Source: an uncultured Chloroflexia bacterium
GTDB taxonomy: Bacteria > Chloroflexota > Anaerolineae > Anaerolineales > UBA4823
DNA length: 64,000 nt
Assembly: GCA_963751425.1 (NCBI GenBank)
Contig: CAVVUF010000002.1
Span: forward strand, 1,790,717 to 1,854,716
Reading direction: 5' to 3'
Positions within the stretch are counted from its first letter, which is position 1. Each line of letters begins with the position of its first letter. The position numbers and the translations under genes are program-made. The notes under the pieces were generated by a model. It searched no databases. It was given only the letters and a program-made list of their open reading frames with translations, and was not told the DNA's origin. This document shows positions 48,305 through 58,437 of the stretch, one piece after another.

Positions 48305-50776
48305 TTATTTGCGCTTCTCCACCTCCCATTGCATAGCCCAGATCGCCAAAGGGCGCATGTAGCCAATAGCTCGATAGACTCCCTCTGCATTGATGGCTTC
48401 AGGGGTTTGGAAGAAGAGTCCATAGTCCCGATAGATCGTTTGATATATACCTATCGCAGTGGTGAAAGCCGCTTCGTTTAATTCCATTTGCAGCATACAG
48501 GCTGCCAGGGCAAAAGTGGTACCAATCCACATCTCGCGGGATTGCATGCTGGATGTATCGACAATCCCATCTGAACGCATACCATTAATGGCACCACACC
48601 CACCATTTTTGAATTTCTGCACATTGTAAGAGTATATTTTTTCCAAAGACTTACGCACATGTTCGGTTGGAATAATATCGGGAAGACCACAGGCTTTGCT
48701 GAACCATTGACCGGCTAACATGTCGGCCATGATACTATCGCGATGCTTACTATGGCTCGAATTGTAGTTATAGTATTCGCCATTCCAGAGTCTGTCTTCA
48801 TAAGCGGATTGGGCTTTATTGAGCTGATTGCGGTATTCGTGAGCTTCGTTAACTTTCCCAAGCGCTTCAGCCATGCCGGCCATGGCGTTCAAACAGGCCA
48901 ACCACAAGCCTCCCGAATAGGCGCTGGGACCGGTGGCTGTCCAGGCATCATATGTCTGATCGGGGTAGCCGTCATTCTCGATTAATCCATCGCCATCGCG
49001 GTCGAATACTCGCAATTTTTCAGTAGCTTCTTGGCATGCAGGCCAAGCTTCTTCTAGAAATGGATGATCCTTCGTGAGCATGTAATCGCGGTAGATCATC
49101 AGCACAAACTTAGAGTTGAGGTCTTTCCAACGACTGACATCTTGTGCCAGGTAAGCATTTACCTGGCGCCAGGGATCCTCTTGCGGGCTGCCCAAATCAT
49201 GAGGAATAACCCCGCTGACCTTGCGGGGAGCCTTCTGACCGGAAAGAAACATCACATGCACATCAGGGTGGTCAACAGGCAAAGCATGTATATAATCTCG
49301 CTGAAGTGAAAGCTCTAGCTCAGGGAAAAGCATGGCAAGGGCGAAAGATGAGTAAAAATGCACATCATATGTGTTGTACATTTTGTACTCGTAACTTTCC
49401 AAGTATGCAAAGTGACCGATCTCGGGCTCGGGGAGGGCATCTTTTCCAGTGGGAGCATCCCCTACCCTGCCTGCCGTCCAGATAGTCCCGCCATCGACGA
49501 GATAGTATGTTTCATTGAAAAGCATGGCTTTATACCAGTCAGGCAGGGAAGGATTTTCAAGGGTTGGCTTTTGCCAGGCATTGATATCTGCTTCCCATTG
49601 GGGATAATTTAAGAGTGCGTCCAGAGAAATGCGTTGAACGGCATTTCCTTCTCTCCCGTAATGCTTCGTGTAGCGGCGATACCAACCGTTGCCCCAGCCA
49701 AAGCGCCCAATGGGCATATCCCAGGCGAGCGCAAAGACGATCTGGCGTTTCTCCCCGGCAGGAATTTGAAGGCGGACTGAGATGGCCGCGCCTATCGAAA
49801 GATCCTGGGTCGATGGTCTTTCATCATCTACATTTCCCAGGTTTCCATCAACTGAAAAATCATCCCATACGTCGTGACCTGAGGTATTGGTAACGAAACG
49901 TGCCCGATAGCTGGCCTCTACCCCTGTTGTGGCTAAAGTGGAAATAGCGAAAGTCAATGGATCTTCGAATTTACCTTGCTCTGCCAGCTTTTGACCTGCT
50001 TCAAGGGGCTTGGGCTGGCGATGGATGTGCCGGAACTCAATGCCAATCATATCGCCAGAAGATGTCGGATGATGGAAAGCATGGTTCGAATGTCCGCCGG
50101 CCCGATCGTTCGGTGTGCCTGTGCCATTTTGGAATGAGAACATCAGCGCCACAGTAACCGGCGTATCCGCAGTATTCTCTAGGGTCCATACGAAAACTCC
50201 GGCTGGGGTTGATGAAACGTCGTAATTGTGTGGGATGAACGGGGATATCTGCTTACTGGTCAGGCGCAGCCCGGGCAGAGGATCCTCATATACCGTCCAG
50301 GCAAAGGGAAACAAGGCATGATAGGTGCCTTTTTGGGCGGGTAAACCCCACTGCCAGGCATCGAGATAGGAACTGTTTGGTTGCCTGGGATTGAGAACCT
50401 GGGTTTGTGCTGATTTACCAGGGCGCTGGGCAAAGAGGGAAAATTGATCTGCCTGGACATTATCAAAGCGGGTGATCCCGGGTTGCAGCTGCCAACGATT
50501 GAAATCGCCACGAAAACCACGGGTTATTGTCCCACCACCCAGGCCTCCTAAAGGAATACCCTTATCGGGGCGGAAAGGGATGCCATGGAAAGTATCTAAG
50601 ACGGGAGGAATGCCTCGTTTGCGGTCTTCCTGGATTTGCTTCCCGATGCGCATGATCGTGGGAAGCGATTCCCAGAGTAATTTGAGGCTGACCTTCATCG
50701 GAGAGGCTTTCAACAAGGGTTCTTCGTCAAAGCGACGAGACCAGGCAGCAGGTGGAATGTAGGTAGGTGAATGCAT
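48305..50776 (-). CDS. GH116 beta-glucosidase (GBA2 / bile-acid beta-glucosidase type)
   Basis: N-terminal 'GIPLGGLGGGTITRGFRGDFNRWQL' (GH116 N-domain signature). 823 aa with a C-terminal (alpha/alpha)6-type catalytic region. Confidence 0.8.
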   Translation of the reverse strand: MHSPTYIPPAAWSRRFDEEPLLKASPMKVSLKLLWESLPTIMRIGKQIQEDRKRGIPPVLDTFHGIPFRPDKGIPLGGLGGGTITRGFRGDFNRWQLQPGITRFDNVQADQFSLFAQRPGKSAQTQVLNPRQPNSSYLDAWQWGLPAQKGTYHALFPFAWTVYEDPLPGLRLTSKQISPFIPHNYDVSSTPAGVFVWTLENTADTPVTVALMFSFQNGTGTPNDRAGGHSNHAFHHPTSSGDMIGIEFRHIHRQPKPLEAGQKLAEQGKFEDPLTFAISTLATTGVEASYRARFVTNTSGHDVWDDFSVDGNLGNVDDERPSTQDLSIGAAISVRLQIPAGEKRQIVFALAWDMPIGRFGWGNGWYRRYTKHYGREGNAVQRISLDALLNYPQWEADINAWQKPTLENPSLPDWYKAMLFNETYYLVDGGTIWTAGRVGDAPTGKDALPEPEIGHFAYLESYEYKMYNTYDVHFYSSFALAMLFPELELSLQRDYIHALPVDHPDVHVMFLSGQKAPRKVSGVIPHDLGSPQEDPWRQVNAYLAQDVSRWKDLNSKFVLMIYRDYMLTKDHPFLEEAWPACQEATEKLRVFDRDGDGLIENDGYPDQTYDAWTATGPSAYSGGLWLACLNAMAGMAEALGKVNEAHEYRNQLNKAQSAYEDRLWNGEYYNYNSSHSKHRDSIMADMLAGQWFSKACGLPDIIPTEHVRKSLEKIYSYNVQKFKNGGCGAINGMRSDGIVDTSSMQSREMWIGTTFALAACMLQMELNEAAFTTAIGIYQTIYRDYGLFFQTPEAINAEGVYRAIGYMRPLAIWAMQWEVEKRK

Positions 50777-51088
50777 GATCTGCTCCGCAGATATTCGATT
50801 GAGGCTAAGGAGGATAAGATAATTATAACTCAGCCTTTTTCATCCTGCTTTTATCCCTGAATAAGAAGGCTAACTATGAAAAGAGAATTGAATTAAGAAA
50901 AAACATATCACTAGAAACGCGTGGGATAAATGTATTGTTTACAATACCTTTAAAGACAGGTATAATAGGTACATATTATTTGGAAAAGTAAGTCCTAGAA
51001 CCTTGAAATTTTATCAAACCAAACCCCGGCGCTGCTGGTACAGCCACAAGGTCGGTGAGAGATCTTTTAGAAGAAAGGAAAATAAACA

Positions 51089-51367
51089 ATGCCATCCATT
51101 CAATTTACAACAACCTTTGTGGGAAGCGTCCGGGATATAGATTTGATCAAGAAGGTCCTGGAAAACGAGGACAGCCAATCTGAATTTTCGACCATAATTT
51201 ATGATGCTGTTGCAAAAGCTATCTATGAAGCTGACCCTCTGAGAGAAAAATTAAGAGATGTGAACGTTAGTGTTAGCCCTGCTAGTATTAATCCTTTTTT
51301 GCGTCAACTTATGGAAAAGCAACGCGCGGTTGAAGAAGCACACAAGGCCAAAGATAACTGGGCGTAA
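51089..51367 (+). CDS. Hypothetical small protein immediately upstream of the integrase (2-nt gap)
   Basis: 92 aa, helical composition, no recognisable domain. Confidence 0.3.
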   Translation: MPSIQFTTTFVGSVRDIDLIKKVLENEDSQSEFSTIIYDAVAKAIYEADPLREKLRDVNVSVSPASINPFLRQLMEKQRAVEEAHKAKDNWA

Positions 51368-51369
51368 AC

Positions 51370-52455
51370 ATGACGAAATCCCTAACCACGCGCGAAGCAC
51401 AAAACCAAGGGTTTGCTAATCTCAATCCTAAACGGATGCACCAGGCAGGACAGGCAGCCAACCACGCGGCGCGCGAGGTTGTATTCTCAGAGTATCGAGA
51501 GCGATTATCCAAGCACACCCGAAGGCGCCAATATAGCGACCTGAACGTATTTGGAGACTACCTGCGAAGTATCGACTTAACTCCCGGCGACATGGTTTCC
51601 GATCCGCAGGCATGGGAGTGTGTGACATGGGGATTGCTGGAAGCTTTCAAACGCTGGATGTTACAACAGGGTTATGCGGTTAGCACAGTCAATATTCGAC
51701 TGACAACTGCCCGTGTTTATGCGGCATTGGCAGTTAAGGCAGGTGTGCTGCACGAGAGTGATCTACCTATGATCCGCTTTGTCAAAGGCTGCGCATACAA
51801 GGAAGCCACCCACATAGACAAACAGCGGGAAGATGCAGGCATCGAAACGCGCCGCTCCGTACGGAGGAACGGCGCATTATCCAACCGCAAATGGGCGGCA
51901 ATCAAGATCGGCGGCGACCAGGCGCGGCAGCTAAAGGTGCAACCTGACAACCCCAAGGGTAAGCGGGACGCACTGCTCATGTGTATCCTTCTGGATCATG
52001 GACTGCGAGCTGGTGAAGTATCCAGCTTGACTGCGCAGGACTTTAACCTGGAACACGGAACGATGACCTTCTACCGCCCGAAAGTATACAAGATCCAAAC
52101 GCATAACTTAACCGAGGATACCCTGGTGGCTGCCAGAGCATACTTCGAGCAAGTTGGACCGATCGAGGGTAATCTTTGGTGCCAATCGCGCAAGAGTAAA
52201 AGCGGCGAACTGGTGGTGGAGGCGCGCGGTATGTCTCCCAGGGCGATCACAAAACGTGTCGGCGCATTGGGTGAAGACATTGGGCTTGTTAGTCTCTCCC
52301 CGCACGACTGCAGGCATTTTTGGGCAACCAAGGCAGCCAGGAACGGCACCCCGCTGGATCGGCTTATGCAAGCGGGTGGTTGGAACAGCCCGGAAATGCC
52401 CTTGCGCTACATCCAGGAGGCTGAGATCGCCAACGAGGGGGTAAAGCTAGATTGA
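51370..52455 (+). CDS. Tyrosine site-specific recombinase / phage-type integrase
   Basis: Catalytic residues in order: 'LRAGE' (Arg), 'HDCRHFWAT' (HxxR), 'LRYI' (Tyr), plus an N-terminal SAM-like core-binding domain. Confidence 0.8.
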   Translation: MTKSLTTREAQNQGFANLNPKRMHQAGQAANHAAREVVFSEYRERLSKHTRRRQYSDLNVFGDYLRSIDLTPGDMVSDPQAWECVTWGLLEAFKRWMLQQGYAVSTVNIRLTTARVYAALAVKAGVLHESDLPMIRFVKGCAYKEATHIDKQREDAGIETRRSVRRNGALSNRKWAAIKIGGDQARQLKVQPDNPKGKRDALLMCILLDHGLRAGEVSSLTAQDFNLEHGTMTFYRPKVYKIQTHNLTEDTLVAARAYFEQVGPIEGNLWCQSRKSKSGELVVEARGMSPRAITKRVGALGEDIGLVSLSPHDCRHFWATKAARNGTPLDRLMQAGGWNSPEMPLRYIQEAEIANEGVKLD

Positions 52456-52504
52456 ACACCTCCTGCACTGATTAAGCAAAAAATTAGCTTTGAGAGGATG
52501 AAAG

Positions 52505-52798
52505 ATGGAACCGACATATTGCACACAGAACGAGGGCGATTGCCCGATCTGCAGCCTGTCCAGCCAGGGGCGGGATTGTAAGAATAACAAGATTTATACT
52601 GTGGGCATGATCGCGGACTGCTTAGACTGCCATGAAACGCAAGCCTGTAAGCTGTTAAACAATGCTGGCGCTAACCCCTGGCTGGATGAGTATACAGCTA
52701 ACATCAGCGAGGTGATCCCCCGCGCTTTAGTCATAAATCTGGCATTGATCCGGGCGAGCGATAGAGTAGGGCGCCAGCTTAAGGTGTTGCTGAACTAA
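52505..52798 (+). CDS. Small Cys-rich hypothetical protein
   Basis: 'CTQNEGDCPICS...CKNN...CLDCHETQAC', eight Cys in 97 aa. Confidence 0.3.
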   Translation: MEPTYCTQNEGDCPICSLSSQGRDCKNNKIYTVGMIADCLDCHETQACKLLNNAGANPWLDEYTANISEVIPRALVINLALIRASDRVGRQLKVLLN

Positions 52799-52879
52799 AC
52801 TTGACGATACCAGATAACAGACCAGGCGGTGATGACGCCCGGTCTGTTGTTTCCTAATTGTCGAGGATCCAGCTTCTTT

Positions 52880-54286
52880 TTATAAAAGAGCCTTATCAGC
52901 TTTGGAAATCAGGCTGAGGAGTTCTTTCTCTTCGGATTCGGATAGCTGTGAGGGGTCGGGACTTTCTTCCCAGACTGCCAGGGCAAAATCTCTCGCTCGG
53001 TCGGTATCTAGTTGAGAGCCTTCTTCCAGCCAAGGAGCGAGCATGGTACGCGTCCACATTTTTGGCTGCCAATGCTCTTTACGATAATGCTGGGCAGTAT
53101 GTTCTTTATCCAAGTATTGATGCGCCGGTCCTGTCTCGATAATCGTATTTAGCCCAATACTTTCCTCGCTGACTTCGAAATCGACTACAAAACGCTTCAG
53201 AGCAGAAACCAGCTCGTTATCCAAAATGAGCTGGATAGGGGAGTATATTTCGTCCATTGAAAGAAGACCTGCGTCTACCCATAGGCTGCCGCCGGCTAAG
53301 AGGGTCACTGCGCCAGTCATGGCTTTCTGGGCGCCAGACTCGGGGGAGGGGAACTTAGCATCTGTCAGTGCGGCATGCCCCGCGAAAGATGCACGATAGT
53401 GGCGAGCTAATTGTACGGTCATTACATTGGCAACTGCCATCTCTGGGCGCCCAAATGCATGCACCATCGTGCGCATATCCATTGGAGCGATTGAGGAATG
53501 GAGATGAAAGTGCTTTTCACCAAACAGAGCCCAGTTCACGATGGCGAGGGCAAACTGTTCAGCCAGATTGAGAGTTACAGCACCAGCAAGAGTGGCTGGA
53601 GCACTAGCGCCCATGGCGTACATATCACCAATGCCAACCCGCAGCCCTTTTTCGAGGAACCATGCGACCTGGTAAGCTTCGTGACGACCGAGCTTAAGCG
53701 GAGGTTGTAAGTATACCGTGCCATCAAAAAGCTCGTTTAGGGGTACACCCAGCTGTGAGGCTCGCAGCTCATAAAGGTCAAGCAAGTGAGGACAAATATC
53801 ATCTTCATAGATGGATGAACCTGGAGTGGCTCCATATTTCCAGCAGTAAAAGCGCTCATATAAGGCTTCTAGTTTCGGAGGGCAAGGCAGGCGGCAGCCC
53901 AGCATTTGGGCAGAACCGACATTGGGGAGACGACGGGCAAGCTTGAAATAATAAATCAATTTCTCTTCGTCCCAAGGCAGGAGCTTACCGGTTTGAGGGT
54001 CATGGAATTTTCCGTGGTAGACACCTGCTTGAGAGGAGACAGTAGGAATGTGGGAATCCCAATCGTATTTATCGCAAGCTTCTAACCAGCGATCGACAAC
54101 TGCTTGAGAAAAGTAGACTCTTTCAGCCTGAAGATCTACCCGCAAACCGAAATCCGCTAAGCGCTGGAGCAGGGGTTCGTTTTGGATCTGCATGCCGACT
54201 TCTTGCAGAATGCGCATAGCCGATGTGTGAATAAGGTAAACTTCTTTTTCAGTGAGAACAGGGTAGGGATGGCCCGAGATATGCAT
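52880..54286 (-). CDS. MttB-superfamily (non-pyrrolysine) methyltransferase, probably a quaternary-amine:corrinoid methyltransferase
   Basis: N-terminal 'YLIHTSAMRILQEVGMQIQNEPLLQRLADFGLRVD' is the typical MttB-family opening. Uninterrupted 468-aa ORF with no in-frame TAG. Confidence 0.55.
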   Translation of the reverse strand: MHISGHPYPVLTEKEVYLIHTSAMRILQEVGMQIQNEPLLQRLADFGLRVDLQAERVYFSQAVVDRWLEACDKYDWDSHIPTVSSQAGVYHGKFHDPQTGKLLPWDEEKLIYYFKLARRLPNVGSAQMLGCRLPCPPKLEALYERFYCWKYGATPGSSIYEDDICPHLLDLYELRASQLGVPLNELFDGTVYLQPPLKLGRHEAYQVAWFLEKGLRVGIGDMYAMGASAPATLAGAVTLNLAEQFALAIVNWALFGEKHFHLHSSIAPMDMRTMVHAFGRPEMAVANVMTVQLARHYRASFAGHAALTDAKFPSPESGAQKAMTGAVTLLAGGSLWVDAGLLSMDEIYSPIQLILDNELVSALKRFVVDFEVSEESIGLNTIIETGPAHQYLDKEHTAQHYRKEHWQPKMWTRTMLAPWLEEGSQLDTDRARDFALAVWEESPDPSQLSESEEKELLSLISKADKALL

Positions 54287-54355
54287 TGAGAATTCCTTTT
54301 TGATTCAATGAGGTATATGGATGAACAAGGGTTTCACAGAAATTATTGAGCGGAA

Positions 54356-55324
54356 TTAATCAATCAGCCCGGTGCGCTCAATGCTGGTGACAAAATAACG
54401 CTGGGTAAAAGCGTAAAGAATAATGAGGGGCAGGATGACCAATAGCGTAGCAGCCATGATCGTGCCGGTGCCCCACATGCCCCGCAGTTGATTAGACTCG
54501 AGCGCACTCTCAACTATCGATAACCGTTGGGGGAGGAAGAAATGTTCAGGACGACTCAGGTAAAGAGACGGTTCGAGGGTATCATTCCAATGCCAAACCA
54601 GGGAAAAGAGAAAGACCACCAGGATTACGGGTTGAGCCAGGGGAAGCATAACGCGGAAGAATATTCGGAAAGGGCCGGCGCCATCGATCATGGCAGCATC
54701 TTCCAGCTCCCAGGGAAGACCTTTAAAAAATTGGCGATAAATAAAAATAAATAGCGCGCCACGCAAACCCATTCCAAAAGCTGATGGCACGAGGAAGGGG
54801 TAATAGGTCTCCAACCAATGAAATCGGGATACCTGGATAAAATTTTGAATGATCAAGGCATGGGGAGGAACAATCATGGCAAATAGCACTAACAAGAACA
54901 ATCGATCTCGTCCCGGAAATTTGAAGCGCGCGAAGCCATAACCGACAATGGCACAGGATAGAGTTTGGAGAACGGCCGCTCCTCCAGCAACGAGGAGGCT
55001 TCTGTTAAAGGCTGGCCAAAAATTCAGCGCAGCAAAAGCTTGAGGATAATTTTCCCAGGCCACACGGCGTGGAAGCCATGAGACAGTTGGATCGTAAAGA
55101 TCCATGATATTCATGAGGGATTGTGACACCAGGCGCATGATCGGCAGAAGAAAGATAAAGGCCACGTCGATGAGAAGTACTAACATCACAAAGCGGGAGA
55201 CAACCTGGCGGAACCGTTTTCCCTGTAACCTTTCCAGGGTGGTGTTCTTTGTCTTGCGGCTTACAGCTTCTAATTTCGTTCGTAAAGTAGAATATTCCAT
55301 GCGACACCTCTTATCCACGCTCAC
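54356..55324 (-). CDS. Carbohydrate ABC transporter permease (MalG-like)
   Basis: EAA-loop 'EDAAMIDGAGPFRIFFRVMLPLAQP', 6 TM. Confidence 0.8.
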   Translation of the reverse strand: MSVDKRCRMEYSTLRTKLEAVSRKTKNTTLERLQGKRFRQVVSRFVMLVLLIDVAFIFLLPIMRLVSQSLMNIMDLYDPTVSWLPRRVAWENYPQAFAALNFWPAFNRSLLVAGGAAVLQTLSCAIVGYGFARFKFPGRDRLFLLVLFAMIVPPHALIIQNFIQVSRFHWLETYYPFLVPSAFGMGLRGALFIFIYRQFFKGLPWELEDAAMIDGAGPFRIFFRVMLPLAQPVILVVFLFSLVWHWNDTLEPSLYLSRPEHFFLPQRLSIVESALESNQLRGMWGTGTIMAATLLVILPLIILYAFTQRYFVTSIERTGLID

Positions 55325-56183
55325 CCCGATAGAATGTCATTCGTCCGATGACGATAAAGATGATGATCACCAAGATGAAAATGAGGATGAAGTAAATATT
55401 TCCCAAGGCTGAAGGATAACCTAATCGATTGGGGGTCATGTTAAAAGTAACTACACGAATGTAACGAAGCACCATGTTGAAATAATCCGTAAAAGAGTCG
55501 ATGATTGTATAAACAATATTGATCAAGATAACGGGTGAGAGCATGGGCAGGGTGATCTTCCAAAATTGGTTCCAACTAGAAGCGCCATCGACCTGGGCGA
55601 CTTCATACAGCATGGGGTCAATACTTTTCAGACCGGCGATAAAGATTAAGATTTGAACCCCCGAACGCCATAAAACGAAGACGGAGCGGCTAAGAAAATT
55701 CATAAAGAGGGGCATTTGATTGCCCAGGTAGACATAAAGAAACTCTTGGGCAGCCTGGCCTCGAAATAGGACGAGCTGGTTCCCGAACTGGTCGAACATG
55801 CGCCCAATGACGACGGATGATCCAATCACGACGGGCAGGAAAAAAATGGCGCGAAACAGAACACTCCCGGGAACTTTCTGGATGGCCAACATGGCAACCG
55901 CTAAAGAGAAGGCTAAGATAATAGGAACATCGGTGAGCAGGTTTGTGAAAGTCTGGATTAGGTAAGGAACAAACTCAATATCCACCGAAAAAGCCTCAAT
56001 ATAATTTTGGACTCCGATGATCTTATAAGAATTTTCACGGATTGTGTTTAGTTGTGCATCGGTCATGCTCAAGTAAAAGTTCTGAAAGAGGGGCACCATG
56101 AAGAAAACGAGCAAACCGAACAGCCAAAAAGCAATAAAGAGATATCCGTTCAAGGCGTTGCGCTGGCGCAAGGTCAAATGCAT
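55311..56183 (-). CDS. Carbohydrate ABC transporter permease (MalF-like)
   Basis: 'YEVAQVDGASSWNQFWKITLPMLSP' EAA-loop. Confidence 0.8.
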   Translation of the reverse strand: MHLTLRQRNALNGYLFIAFWLFGLLVFFMVPLFQNFYLSMTDAQLNTIRENSYKIIGVQNYIEAFSVDIEFVPYLIQTFTNLLTDVPIILAFSLAVAMLAIQKVPGSVLFRAIFFLPVVIGSSVVIGRMFDQFGNQLVLFRGQAAQEFLYVYLGNQMPLFMNFLSRSVFVLWRSGVQILIFIAGLKSIDPMLYEVAQVDGASSWNQFWKITLPMLSPVILINIVYTIIDSFTDYFNMVLRYIRVVTFNMTPNRLGYPSALGNIYFILIFILVIIIFIVIGRMTFYRGERG

Positions 56184-56184
56184 T

Positions 56185-58437
56185 TCAATTTCCTTTCACA
56201 ACGGTAAATTGCATAGATGGAATGACCAGGGTTCCAAGCGAATAATTGTCTGTAGTGTAATTCACGATGATTTTTGTGCCATCTTCATAGGTGGTTTGGT
56301 AGACGCCTTCTGCCAGCCTGGAGTGGTCGGTGATGAATTGGGATTGAAGGAAAGCGAGACTTTGCATATTTTCGTATTGCTTGATGACTTCATTCTTCCA
56401 ATAGGTGTACTGTGAGCTGTAGAGCTCATCAGCAGGCGTTCTCACCAGATTAGAGGAGCTTTCTTTCGACAAAATAAAGTAGGAAATCGCCCCATATTCG
56501 ATTTGCCTTAAGTACATACGTTGGTAGTCACTGATCAAGTTGAACGGTTCACCGGTATATTGGACCAGACCATGTATGGCTATTTGATAGAGTGGAATTG
56601 TCTCATCAAAAATGTCATAATGGGTGCTGTCTAAAGGCGTCATGACCAGGCAGTCTGAATAGGAAGCAGCATAGATATTACTCCCAGTCATGGTAGCGGC
56701 ACCGAGTGTATTCGTTGTAAGCTTGGCTATCTCCATCCAGGTGCCAGCAAAACCTTCTCGAGTAAATGGATAGCGCGAATTCTTGTCTGGCAAGGCAATC
56801 ATGGCAAAGGTATTGAGCTGCATACCGTCAATGCCAAGCTCCTTCATTTCTGGCAAATCTTTGGATACATAACGGTCTAGGGCAACCTGAGGATTGAGCA
56901 AGTAGCCGGTTTCACTGCTGCCCAAAGGTAAACCATCCACGCCGCGCACGGCATCCAGGTAAGGAAACACCCCCTTAGCACCAGGAGAAATGGGTAAGTA
57001 ATCCCTGGTCAGGAAAAGACGTTGGCTGCGTTGATGGGCATCTGCTGCCAGAGCCTCTAATCCGGCTTCTCCACCCAGACGTTTATCGACTGCGAAGGCT
57101 TGGGGAGTTTGCGAACTGAGGCTGCCTTCATCCCAATTCCACAAGGTAACATCTAGGTTGGACACCCCAGCATTGTGCAGGTCGTCTAATATTTCTTGAG
57201 CCTGGCTGAAGGTGGTGGTTGAGACCATATCACGCAGGATCCAATTCCGGCGCTCTATGCCCATGAACAATCCCAAGTTAAGAAGTGGGATGCGTTCTGT
57301 GATACGCTTTGCGCCACGCTCTTTGGTAAGAAAATCACGATAACGCTGTGCCATGCCTGAATAACTGGCATCCTTGCCATATAAAAAGCAATAGCGCACA
57401 ACATGATCGCCAGGGATACGGTCTGGCTGGTAGAGCAAGGCTGGCTGCCCACCAGTGATCGAAAAACGACCTTGCCTTCTATAAATAAACTGTGACCAAA
57501 CGTGGTTGTAATTGATGCCCTTACCAGCCCGTCCGAGGCTGATGCCGGAGTCAAAATCGCCTTGTGTAACCATGCCAACAAAGCCGCCTTCATCTTTTAC
57601 CAGGCCAAAGACTGGCATGGGGATTGACTGACGAAAAACACCCGATCCGTTGCTGCCAGATGCCTGCCCGCCTGAAGCATCAGAGCCATAGACTACACCT
57701 ACTATTTTCTGAACATCGGCTGGATGCGGGGTAGTGAAATACATGAGAGCCCCGCTGCCATCTGGATAAACAATAAAACCTGGATCACCATCGTGCGTGG
57801 CACCGAAGAAAGGGAGGATCTCGATGGAAACCAGGCTATTTTCACCGTCTTCCACAATCGAAGATCCGGGTAGGATCACATTCATACACCCATCCTGCAA
57901 TGTATAAATTAGATCGAAGGCTAAAAAATCGTTCGGGAAACGATAAGAAACTTTCATCCCTTCTTGAACAGGGGAATAATCCTGAACCGATTCACCTGGT
58001 TTGACATTCTTTGGTTGAGAGCGGTCTTCATCGACATAGGAGACTAAGATGGGAAAATCGATCTGTTTTTTCCAGATATTCGTGGTGGATTCATCTTGCT
58101 GCAAATCTGCAGGGCTGCTACGCCATAAAATCTGGCTGCGCTTATCTTCTATGATGATGGCAGAGGTTTTTTCATTAGCGTATAAGCGGAGCAGGTCGTT
58201 TTCGACAAGCGGTATGTAATCCTGCTCGACATCTGGATTCCGGGTGTCGATTTGTGGAAAGGAATCCAGGGCAACGGGAAGCGATACAAACGGGTTGATA
58301 TTGGGAGCTTGAGTAAGATGTTCTTCAGAAACGGTTCCGGCACAACCAAGTAGCGATGAAGCCAGAAGGAACAAGCTTAGAACTTGAAAAAGGCGGGGCT
58401 TCATTACTGTGATATCTCCATTAATAAAGGCGAACAT
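56185..58437 (-). CDS. Large lipoprotein of unknown function, co-operonic with the sugar ABC permeases (possible glycan-binding or glycan-processing protein)
   Basis: Lipobox 'LLGCAG'. 750 aa. No catalytic motif recognised. Confidence 0.4.
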   Translation of the reverse strand: MFAFINGDITVMKPRLFQVLSLFLLASSLLGCAGTVSEEHLTQAPNINPFVSLPVALDSFPQIDTRNPDVEQDYIPLVENDLLRLYANEKTSAIIIEDKRSQILWRSSPADLQQDESTTNIWKKQIDFPILVSYVDEDRSQPKNVKPGESVQDYSPVQEGMKVSYRFPNDFLAFDLIYTLQDGCMNVILPGSSIVEDGENSLVSIEILPFFGATHDGDPGFIVYPDGSGALMYFTTPHPADVQKIVGVVYGSDASGGQASGSNGSGVFRQSIPMPVFGLVKDEGGFVGMVTQGDFDSGISLGRAGKGINYNHVWSQFIYRRQGRFSITGGQPALLYQPDRIPGDHVVRYCFLYGKDASYSGMAQRYRDFLTKERGAKRITERIPLLNLGLFMGIERRNWILRDMVSTTTFSQAQEILDDLHNAGVSNLDVTLWNWDEGSLSSQTPQAFAVDKRLGGEAGLEALAADAHQRSQRLFLTRDYLPISPGAKGVFPYLDAVRGVDGLPLGSSETGYLLNPQVALDRYVSKDLPEMKELGIDGMQLNTFAMIALPDKNSRYPFTREGFAGTWMEIAKLTTNTLGAATMTGSNIYAASYSDCLVMTPLDSTHYDIFDETIPLYQIAIHGLVQYTGEPFNLISDYQRMYLRQIEYGAISYFILSKESSSNLVRTPADELYSSQYTYWKNEVIKQYENMQSLAFLQSQFITDHSRLAEGVYQTTYEDGTKIIVNYTTDNYSLGTLVIPSMQFTVVKGN

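Noticed and set aside
50780-51090. Possible tRNA/att site upstream of the integrase
   Set aside because: No cloverleaf-compatible sequence (no GTTCGA-type T-arm with a matching acceptor stem) was found. The rest of the window was also scanned and no tRNA or rRNA was recognised.
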